Shown here: piece after piece, positions 56,416 to 64,000 of the stretch | Layout: every line of letters begins with the position of its first letter | Numbering within the stretch: position 1 is the first letter of the stretch | Assembly: GCA_965227295.1 (NCBI GenBank) | Contig: OZ245742.1 | Coordinates: forward strand, 5,504,001 to 5,568,000 | From: Leptonemataceae bacterium | GTDB taxonomy: Bacteria > Spirochaetota > Leptospiria > Leptospirales > Leptonemataceae | Length of the DNA stretch: 64,000 nt | Direction of reading: 5' to 3' | Program-made: the position numbers and the translations under genes | The notes under the pieces: generated by a model | Database searches by the model: none | What the model was told of the DNA's origin: nothing | Seen by the model: the letters and a program-made list of their open reading frames with translations, nothing else

Positions 56416-58731
56416 TCACTGATACCCCAGGGCCCGACCGGCCTGGTAGACCGCAAGCCCTGCAATGTAAGCGAAGACCGTCATGTACACGAACAGAAAG
56501 GCGGCCCAGCGCCAGTCGTTCAATTCACGCCACACCGTTGCCAGCGTACTCATGCACTGACTGCACAGCGCGAAGAAGACCATCAACGTCAGCGCTACAA
56601 GGGGCGTGTAGACCGGCGTGCCGTCGGGATGTGTTTCGGCGGCCATGCGCGATTTGAGATCGGCGGATTCTTCGTCCACCGCGTCTCCGGCGTTGTAGAT
56701 GATGCCCAGGGTCGCGATGATCACTTCCCGCGCCGGGAACGCACCCAGGATACCCACCGAGATCTTCCAGTCAAAGCCCAGGGGCGCGAAGATCGGCTGC
56801 ACCGTCTTTCCCAGACGCCCGAGATAACTCTGTTCCAGGTACGCACTCGCGATCGCATTGTCCCGTTCGGCCCGCAGTTCTTCGACTACGCTAACATCAT
56901 CTGAAGAGAAGTCAGCGTCTTCCGGGGCTTCGGCGAGTTCCACGGGAACGAGCTCGGACTCCGCCGCCGCGATCATGGGATCGTAACGGGAGTGGATGTT
57001 CTCCGCCACAGAGTCCGGGCGGGGAAAGTAGGACATGGCCCAGATGATGATCGACATGGCGAAGATGATCGTGCCGGCGCGTACGAGAAACTTCTTCGCC
57101 GCCTCTAATGCGCGCCAGAGGACGTTCAATGGATCCGGCCAACGATAGGGCGGTAACTCCAGGACGAACGGAATGGCCGGCGTCTTCAGCACGCCGCGAT
57201 TCAAGAACCAGGCGAAGGGCAACGCCACAAGCGGACCGATGCCGTACATTATAAACAACGTGAGGGCCGCGATGCCCGCGCCGAAGTGCGGTTCAATGAA
57301 CGCGCTGATCATTAAGAGATATACCGGCAGGCGCGCCGAACACGACATCAATGGAGCCACCAGGATCGTGGACAGGCGGGCGCGCGGATCGGGCATGACC
57401 CGCGCGGCCATAATGCCGGGGATGGCGCAGGCGAACGAGGACAGCATGGGAATGAACGCACGGCCGTTGAGACCGGTCCAGCCCAGGAGGCGGTCCATTA
57501 AAAACGCGGCGCGCGCCAGATAGCCGCTGTCCTCGAGAAAGGCGATGAACAAAAAAAGAATCAGGATCTGCGGCAAAAAGATCACCACCGATCCCACGCC
57601 CGCAATGAGGCCGTCGCTTACGAGAGACTGCAACATGGGCGCGGCGGTGAGATAAGCGCCGGCGAGTCCGCTCATCGAACCGAAGGCCTCGTCGATGAGA
57701 TCCATGAACGGCGTGGCCCAGGTATAGATGGACTGGAAGACCAGATACATCACGCCGGAGAAAGCGGCGAGACCCAGGACTCGATGCGTGAGCAGGCTGT
57801 CCAGGCGCGAACTGAAGTCGGAGCTGCTGCGATCCTCGCCGTCCTGTTTTTTTTCGCGTTGCTCCACGCCGCCGAGCACTCCCTCGATCCACTGATAACG
57901 TGCCAGGGCCAGGGACGCCGGATTAAAGTTCAGTGAATGTACCTTAGCGCGGGTATCGTCGAGCACGCCCGCGGCGGTGGACGCCACGCGTTCCGCCAGC
58001 GGGTGCCGGGGATTCAACAAAAGATTGCGCGCTTCGAAACCGGATAGACGAATCCCCTGGGACGCAACGCCCTCGCGCAATTCCGTAACGATGGTTTCCA
58101 TGTCCGACGGAAAGTCCAGCGCAAGCCGCGGACTCATGCCCTGCTCCGGCTCAAGGGCCGCGGCCAGTTCCTCGCGCAGATTCTCCAGGTGTTCCCGCCG
58201 CCGACCGATCACCGGCACCACGGGCACACCCAGGCGTTCCCGGAGCGCCGTCACGTTCACGTTCATGCGCGCCCCGCCCAGAAGATCCGTCATGGTGAGG
58301 GCCACCACCACGGGCAGGTCCAGCTCGGCGATCTGCGTGAACAAAAATAGATTTCGCCGCAGGTTGGTGGCATCGAGGACGAAGAGCACCAGGTCGGGCC
58401 GGTGCACGGCCTCCGTGCGGCGACGATCTTCGCTGACCGGAACGCGCCCCATGAGTACGTCGGCGGCGATCTGTTCGTCCGGTGAGACGGCGCCCAGGCT
58501 GTAGAGTCCGGGCAGGTCCACGACGTCTACGCTCCCCGTTCCAGGGAGCCGCGCCAGGCCGATCTTCTTTTCGACGGTTACGCCCGGATAGTTGCCCACG
58601 CGCTGGCGGGTACCGCACAGGGCGTTGAAGACGGTGGACTTGCCGGTGTTCGGATTGCCCGCCACGACAATAACGGGACGCGCGGGCGGCACCACCGTGG
58701 CGGCGTCGTTCATACTGGGACTCGATTGCAT
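56416..58731 (-). CDS. feoB: Ferrous iron transport protein B
   Basis: GNPNTGKST, VGNYPGVTVE, DLPG, LEDSGYLARAA and SCSARLPVY. Confidence 0.97.
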   Translation of the reverse strand: MQSSPSMNDAATVVPPARPVIVVAGNPNTGKSTVFNALCGTRQRVGNYPGVTVEKKIGLARLPGTGSVDVVDLPGLYSLGAVSPDEQIAADVLMGRVPVSEDRRRTEAVHRPDLVLFVLDATNLRRNLFLFTQIAELDLPVVVALTMTDLLGGARMNVNVTALRERLGVPVVPVIGRRREHLENLREELAAALEPEQGMSPRLALDFPSDMETIVTELREGVASQGIRLSGFEARNLLLNPRHPLAERVASTAAGVLDDTRAKVHSLNFNPASLALARYQWIEGVLGGVEQREKKQDGEDRSSSDFSSRLDSLLTHRVLGLAAFSGVMYLVFQSIYTWATPFMDLIDEAFGSMSGLAGAYLTAAPMLQSLVSDGLIAGVGSVVIFLPQILILFLFIAFLEDSGYLARAAFLMDRLLGWTGLNGRAFIPMLSSFACAIPGIMAARVMPDPRARLSTILVAPLMSCSARLPVYLLMISAFIEPHFGAGIAALTLFIMYGIGPLVALPFAWFLNRGVLKTPAIPFVLELPPYRWPDPLNVLWRALEAAKKFLVRAGTIIFAMSIIIWAMSYFPRPDSVAENIHSRYDPMIAAAESELVPVELAEAPEDADFSSDDVSVVEELRAERDNAIASAYLEQSYLGRLGKTVQPIFAPLGFDWKISVGILGAFPAREVIIATLGIIYNAGDAVDEESADLKSRMAAETHPDGTPVYTPLVALTLMVFFALCSQCMSTLATVWRELNDWRWAAFLFVYMTVFAYIAGLAVYQAGRALGYQ

Positions 58732-58761
58732 AGGTTTCGGTAGAAAGAAGTTAGTGGCGAC

Positions 58762-59025
58762 TCAGATCGTTTCGACGTAAATCTTCGCGGCCTCGCTCTT
58801 TCGGATGCAGAGGTTGTAGTGCATGATGCGGACTTCCAGCGGGTCGCCCAGGGGCGCACACTTGATGCAGCGTACGTCCTGGCCTGGAACGAAACCCAGC
58901 TCCATGAGGCGCAGCATGTCCGCGTCCCCCGGTTCCGCATCGATGCGCTGGATACGAGCCCGGCGACCGGGCTTTAATTCCGCGAGGCAAAGGACGACCG
59001 GCCCCGAACCAATGGGGGCGTTCAT
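58762..59025 (-). CDS. feoA: Ferrous iron transport protein A
   Basis: RLMELGFVPG...APLGDPLEV...IRKSEA. Start taken at ATG 59025. Confidence 0.92.
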   Translation of the reverse strand: MNAPIGSGPVVLCLAELKPGRRARIQRIDAEPGDADMLRLMELGFVPGQDVRCIKCAPLGDPLEVRIMHYNLCIRKSEAAKIYVETI

Positions 59026-59213
59026 GATTTTCTCCGGAGCAGGGTCTCGGGGCGATCGGCCACCCGACACGTTGCGGCGCAGCCGGCGAGGTCCTCGTTG
59101 TCGCGCAACGCCGTGCGCGGTTGCGCCAGCACCCGATAGAAATGTCGCCCCACGTACGCGAGCGCTGCGCCGAGAATCAGGAGGACCGAAAAGCCGTCGA
59201 GAAGGCCGAACAT
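59022..59213 (-). CDS. Small FeoB-associated Cys-containing membrane protein
   Basis: One TM helix then GCAATC; stop overlaps the feoA start (ATGA). Confidence 0.6.
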   Translation of the reverse strand: MFGLLDGFSVLLILGAALAYVGRHFYRVLAQPRTALRDNEDLAGCAATCRVADRPETLLRRKS

Positions 59214-59275
59214 ATACGGACAGGGTCGCCAGGAAGCGCGCAGTCGGCAAAGATTTTTTTGAGACTCAGTCGCGG

Positions 59276-60070
59276 TTAGCCGGCTGCGAAGATGCTCCGC
59301 CAGGTCGCCGGAATATCGGCGCTGCGCATGAGGGCCGTGCCGATCAGCACGGCGTCGGCGTGGGGATCGACCCGGGCCAGGCCCTCGGGATTTTCCACAC
59401 CGGACTCGCCGATCAGCACGACGTCCGGCAGGGCGGAGCGGATGTCCGGGGCGACACGCTCCGTGAGGCTCAGGTCCATGCGCAGGGTGTCCAGGTCGCG
59501 GTGGTTGATGCCGATGATGCCGGCCCCGCTGTCCATGGCCGTGCGGGCCTCATCTTCCGTATGCACCTCCACGAGCGCGCTCAGGCCGTACTCCCGGGCC
59601 GCCTGCAGGAGTTCCGACAGTTGCGTTTTTCCCAGAATGCGCACGATCAGCAGCACGGCGTCGGCGCCGGCGCGCGCGGCCTCCGCAATTTGCAGGGGGG
59701 AAATCGTGAAGTCCTTCCGTAATATGGGCAGGCCGCCCGCCCGCGCCGCGGCAATGTGGCTGAGATCGCCCTGGAAAAACGTGCGGTCCGTGAGTACGGA
59801 AAGCGCGGCGGCCCCGCATTCCGCGTACGTGCGAGCGATGGACCCGGGATCGTACTCCTCGCGGATGAGCCCCATGGACGGGCTCGCTTTTTTGCATTCG
59901 GCAATGACGCGCAGGGGAGCGCCGGGGGGACGGCGCAGGGCGTCGGTGAATCGGAACGAAACGGGATGGGCTGGAGCGGCAGGACCGTGGGATCCGGAAG
60001 CCGCCAGCGCGGCGACTTCCCGCTCCTTCTCAGCGACAATGCGCTCGAGCAGCCCGGGCTCCGAACTCAT
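59276..60070 (-). CDS. trpC: Indole-3-glycerol phosphate synthase
   Basis: IAECKKASPS, SVLTD, LRKDF, GINHRDL and ESG. Confidence 0.96.
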   Translation of the reverse strand: MSSEPGLLERIVAEKEREVAALAASGSHGPAAPAHPVSFRFTDALRRPPGAPLRVIAECKKASPSMGLIREEYDPGSIARTYAECGAAALSVLTDRTFFQGDLSHIAAARAGGLPILRKDFTISPLQIAEAARAGADAVLLIVRILGKTQLSELLQAAREYGLSALVEVHTEDEARTAMDSGAGIIGINHRDLDTLRMDLSLTERVAPDIRSALPDVVLIGESGVENPEGLARVDPHADAVLIGTALMRSADIPATWRSIFAAG

Positions 60071-60074
60071 GGAC

Positions 60075-60401
60075 TCAGGCGCTGAGGGCTTCTTCTTCGG
60101 TATCGAAAATGTCGAAGAGGGAAGTGAGTTCGATGACGTCGAAGATGCGGCGGACCGACGGGCGGATGGCACACAGCTTCAGTGTTCCTTCCCGGGCGTT
60201 CAGTTTCCGCAGAGTGGCGATGCAGGCTCGAAAGCCCGAGGAACTCATGTACTCCACCTGATCCATGTTCAGAATGATGTGACGGTTCCCATCATCGATG
60301 AGCTTGCCCAGCTCCTCTTCCACTTCGTTGGCAACGGAGACGTCCAGCCGTCCTTCGAGATATACAATCAGCTTATCTCCGCTCTTTTTTGTATTTAACA
60401 A
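60075..60401 (-). CDS. STAS-domain anti-sigma-factor antagonist
   Basis: LEGRLD and VEYMSSSG phosphorylation motif. Confidence 0.9.
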   Translation of the reverse strand: MLNTKKSGDKLIVYLEGRLDVSVANEVEEELGKLIDDGNRHIILNMDQVEYMSSSGFRACIATLRKLNAREGTLKLCAIRPSVRRIFDVIELTSLFDIFDTEEEALSA

Positions 60402-60602
60402 GATCCTGCTCCGTATCTATGCTGCGCCACGTCGGGCGTGAATCCCCGACTACAGGAATCGGCCTCGGACCAACCTGTCAATAAAATATGCCGGGCATTC
60501 CTCCGTTTCCGGCTAATTTCCGCGAAAATTAAGCCTGCAAACCGGGCGCTGAGCGTTACGCGATTGCGTTGACGCCCGGTGGGGCTCGATGTTCGAAGGG
60601 GG

Positions 60603-63449
60603 ATGCCCGCTGCCGCAGCCTCCCGCTCGTCTCAGAAAACCGACCTGCTCGTCATCGATGCCCACGCCATGGCCTATCGAGCCTACTACGCGCTCCAGGG
60701 TCAGAACCTCACGCATCCGGTCTCCGGCATGCCCACCAGCGCGATTTTCGGGTTCTTTCGCATGTTCTTCAAGATTCTGCTCGATTACGAACCGACGGCG
60801 ACGGCCGTCGTGTGGGACCCGCCCGGCGGTTCGTTTCGAAATCAGATGTACACGGAATATAAGGCGAATCGTAAGCCGACACCGGACGATCTCCGCCCGC
60901 AAATCGATGAAATCAAAGAGCTTCTAATTAAGTGCGGATTCCCGACGCTTATGGTCAAGGGCTTTGAAGCGGACGATCTCATCGGCGCTCTGGCCGCGCG
61001 CTTCGGAAAAAAGAGACGGGTGCTCCTGCTCTCCGGCGACAAAGACCTGTACCAACTCCTCTCCAAAAAAGTTACGATGTTACGCAGCACGAAGGGCGTC
61101 AGCGAATTTACGGAGATCGATCCGGCCTGGGTCAGCCAGGAACTGGGCATCGAGGTCAAACAGATCACGGACTACATGGGACTGGTCGGAGACTCCGTGG
61201 ACAACATTCCCGGCGCCCGGGGCGTCGGCCCGAAGACGGCAGTCAAACTCTTACAGGAGTACAAGACCCTCGGCGGCATCTACAAGAACCTGAGCAAGAT
61301 CGAAGGCAAGTCGGTGCGCACAAAACTCGAAGAGTGCAAGGACGACGTCATGCTTTCGAAGGACCTGGCGACGATCCGTACCGACGTCAAAGAAATCGCC
61401 GATCTCGACGAGGCCGCGCTCACGACGCCGAACTATCTTACGGATGAAATCATCCAGTTGTTCCAGGACGAGGGTTACAATGCCGTCTTCGCCGAACTGA
61501 AGCGGGCCCGGGACAACGGCCGCGGTCCGGCCGCCGATGCAAGCGGCGGCAAGTCTGCGAAAAAAAAGGCGAGCGGCAAAGGCAACAAGGCCGACGCCGC
61601 CGAAAGCACCACGGGAAAGTCGGAGCAAGGCAGCGAGTACATCCTCGTGGACGATGCAAAGAAACTGAAGAACTGCCTGGCCCAATTAAAGAAGGATCTC
61701 GGCAAAAAGAAGGTCCTCGCGGTGGACACTGAAACCACACACCAGGAACCCATGCGCGCCGAACTCGTGGGCGTATCGCTCTGCGCGAAACCCGGCCGGG
61801 CCTACTACATCGCCGTGCCGCCGGGGGACTCGCTGTTCGCGCAGCAGGGCGTCCCGAAAGACGAGGCCCTGGCCGCACTGAAGAAATTTCTCGAAGACAA
61901 ATCGCTTAAGATCGTCGGGCAGAACATTAAGTACGACATGATCGTGCTCGCAAAGAACGGCATTCAACTTCCGGCACCGTTCTTCGATACCATGATCGCC
62001 TCGTATTTGAGCAACCCGAACGTGCGGCGCCACAACATGGACGACATGGCCCTGGATATCCTGGGCCACGAGACGATCAAGTACGCGGACGTGGTGGGCT
62101 CGGGGAGAAACAAGAAGACCATGGACGAGATCCCGCCGGAGGAAGTCCGGGACTACGCCTGCGAGGACGCCGAGATCACGCTCCAGCTTCAGGAGGCGTT
62201 GCTCCCGCGATTGAAGCAACACAAGCTCACGAAGGTCTTCGAGGACGTGGAACTGCGACTGTTGCCGGTGCTGCTGGACATGGAGATGACCGGCGTCACC
62301 ATCGATACGAAGTACTTCAGTAAACTCAGCGGAGACTACGCCAAAAAGTTGAAGGCCCTCGAGAAGAAGATGTTCAAGGAAGTCGGCTACGACTTCAACA
62401 TCGCTTCGACCAAAGAACTCCAGAAGGTCCTGTTCGAAGATTTGAATCTGCCGAAGGGCAAGAAAACCAAGACCGGTTACTCCACGGATCAGTCGGTTCT
62501 GGAAGAACTCAAGGGCAAACACCCGTTCGTGGACATGCTGCTGGAACATCGCAAGTACGCGAAGCTGAAGTCGACCTACGTGGACACCCTGCCGGAACTG
62601 GTGAATCCGAAAACGGGGCGCATCCATACTTCGTTCAATCAGACCATCGCCGCCACCGGCCGCTTAAGTTCCAACGACCCGAACCTGCAGAACATTCCCA
62701 TCCGCGAGGACACCGGCCGGGCCATTCGTCGGGGTTTCGTAGCGTCGAAGGGCAACGTGCTCCTGAGCCTCGACTACTCGCAGATCGAACTGCGCATCAT
62801 GGCGCATTACTCGAACGACAAAGCGCTGATCGAAACGTTCGAGAAAGAACACCTGGACATCCACGCCCGCACGGCCGCCTCGCTCTTCGGCGTCGAAGAG
62901 AAAGACGTGGATCCGGATATGCGTTCAAAGGGCAAGGCCGTAAACTTTTCGATCATCTACGGCGTCACCGAGTTCGGCCTGTCCAGGAACCTCGGCATCT
63001 CCCGCGAAGAAGCACGCGGTTACATCGATCGCTTTTTTGCGAAGTATCCCGGTGTGCGCAAGTACATGGACGACACCATCGAGTTCGCCAAAGAGCACGG
63101 CTACGTGCAGACGCTATCCGGTCGCATCCGGCAGATTCCGGAGATCGCCACGTCCAATCGCTTTCGCCGCGAGGGCGCCGAGCGCACGGCCATCAACACG
63201 CCGATCCAGGGGACGAGCGCGGACATCATCAAGATGGCGATGATCGCGATTCACGCGGACCTGGAGAAAAAGAAGCTTCAGTCGAAGATGATTCTACAGG
63301 TGCATGACGAACTCCTGTTCGACGTGGTGCCGAAAGAAAAAGACGAGGTGCGTAAGATCGCGCAGAGTCGTATGGAAAGCGCCATGAAACTAAAAGTGCC
63401 GCTGGACGTGGAGCATCGGTTCGGGCAAAACTGGGATGAGGCTCATTAG
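60603..63449 (+). CDS. polA: DNA polymerase I
   Basis: 5'-nuclease YKANR/EADD, 3'-5' exonuclease DTET, DYSQIELR, KAVNFSIIYG and QVHDEL. Confidence 0.98.
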   Translation: MPAAAASRSSQKTDLLVIDAHAMAYRAYYALQGQNLTHPVSGMPTSAIFGFFRMFFKILLDYEPTATAVVWDPPGGSFRNQMYTEYKANRKPTPDDLRPQIDEIKELLIKCGFPTLMVKGFEADDLIGALAARFGKKRRVLLLSGDKDLYQLLSKKVTMLRSTKGVSEFTEIDPAWVSQELGIEVKQITDYMGLVGDSVDNIPGARGVGPKTAVKLLQEYKTLGGIYKNLSKIEGKSVRTKLEECKDDVMLSKDLATIRTDVKEIADLDEAALTTPNYLTDEIIQLFQDEGYNAVFAELKRARDNGRGPAADASGGKSAKKKASGKGNKADAAESTTGKSEQGSEYILVDDAKKLKNCLAQLKKDLGKKKVLAVDTETTHQEPMRAELVGVSLCAKPGRAYYIAVPPGDSLFAQQGVPKDEALAALKKFLEDKSLKIVGQNIKYDMIVLAKNGIQLPAPFFDTMIASYLSNPNVRRHNMDDMALDILGHETIKYADVVGSGRNKKTMDEIPPEEVRDYACEDAEITLQLQEALLPRLKQHKLTKVFEDVELRLLPVLLDMEMTGVTIDTKYFSKLSGDYAKKLKALEKKMFKEVGYDFNIASTKELQKVLFEDLNLPKGKKTKTGYSTDQSVLEELKGKHPFVDMLLEHRKYAKLKSTYVDTLPELVNPKTGRIHTSFNQTIAATGRLSSNDPNLQNIPIREDTGRAIRRGFVASKGNVLLSLDYSQIELRIMAHYSNDKALIETFEKEHLDIHARTAASLFGVEEKDVDPDMRSKGKAVNFSIIYGVTEFGLSRNLGISREEARGYIDRFFAKYPGVRKYMDDTIEFAKEHGYVQTLSGRIRQIPEIATSNRFRREGAERTAINTPIQGTSADIIKMAMIAIHADLEKKKLQSKMILQVHDELLFDVVPKEKDEVRKIAQSRMESAMKLKVPLDVEHRFGQNWDEAH

Positions 63450-63590
63450 GGCGCCGTACCACAGGTCGGCCGGGTTTTGGGTTGCGGGGGTGCTTCGCCG
63501 TCCATGGCTACGCAACAACCTCCCCATGGACCAGTTCCCGAAGTCGTCGGGCATCGCGCTTGTGTGTTGAAATAATCTAAAGGGATCTCA

Positions 63591-64000
63591 ATGAAATCTA
63601 AAATACTTATCGTGTCGTTAATTCTCCCCGTCTCGCTGCTCCTGGCCGATCAGAGTCAGACGCACGCGTTCGCAAAGAAGCCGCCACGGATTGCCTGCGG
63701 GGATTCGCCGGCGCAATTGCTTAAGAAACGCGCACCGTATGTTAAGATCGCCGATACATACATCTTCGCCGGCTACCGCCAGGTCTCCGCGAAGAACCAG
63801 GACCCGGTGATCCTGCGCTTCGACGGCGGCAAACGGACCTGGTGCCGCAAAGACTACGAAACCAACAACGACGACGGCCGGGCCTACGCCCTCTTCTACG
63901 ACGGCACCCGACTCTATGCGGCCTTCAGCGCGACGGGCACCCAGGGCAAGGCCTCCCGGGATTTCCGGCGCTTTACGCAACAGGGCTGGATGAAGAGTTA
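63591..64000 (+). CDS. Secreted hypothetical protein, 3'-truncated by the window edge
   Basis: ATG 63591 MKSKILIVSLILPVSLLLA... is open to the window end. It is absent from the ORF track because it has no stop. Confidence 0.75.
   Translation, partial: MKSKILIVSLILPVSLLLADQSQTHAFAKKPPRIACGDSPAQLLKKRAPYVKIADTYIFAGYRQVSAKNQDPVILRFDGGKRTWCRKDYETNNDDGRAYALFYDGTRLYAAFSATGTQGKASRDFRRFTQQGWMKS

Noticed and set aside
11590..62627. Long antisense ORFs (11590-12618, 20300-21292, 39784-41091, 59292-60398, 61686-62627)
   Set aside because: These are expected shadows of real genes in high-GC DNA, and I recognised no motifs in them.
63450..63590. Possible structured element after polA (gtccatgg...ccatggac)
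   Set aside because: It is a single copy with short pairing only, which is not enough to call.
63618..63980. 120-aa minus-strand ORF
   Set aside because: The + strand frame from 63591 has a signal peptide and is open to the edge, so it is the better gene.

Overview
A GC-rich (roughly 60% by eye, not computed) chromosomal segment, almost certainly from a member of the Leptospiraceae/Leptospirales. The evidence is an OmpL1-type porin, a fliI-fliJ-flbB periplasmic-flagellum block, 7TM-DISM sensors and many spirochaete-style lipoproteins. About 58 CDS can be supported. They include housekeeping genes (aceE-aceF-lpdA, aconitase, rnhA, RluA, PTS enzyme I, aroC, feoAB, trpC, polA), signalling genes (two class III cyclases, a hybrid kinase, two REC-HATPase paralogues, ECF sigma/anti-sigma, AraC, TetR, LuxR, STAS) and envelope genes. 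I saw no rRNA, tRNA, CRISPR array, transposase or integrase. The most interesting unexplained structure is non-coding: (1) a diverged ~330-nt tandem unit at 50742-51452 with apparent compensatory base changes; (2) five copies of a CCGAG(G)-triplet inverted-repeat element; (3) three covarying Flavo-1-like structured elements, two of them forming an inverted pair between fliI and fliJ. Coding oddities include a secreted GDA1/CD39-type NTPDase, a twice-broken lipoprotein gene, an S41 protease lacking catalytic residues, an aconitase with GSSAN in place of GSCTN, and a tandem-repeat/TM/LysM protein. All family assignments come from motif recognition by eye; no searches were run.
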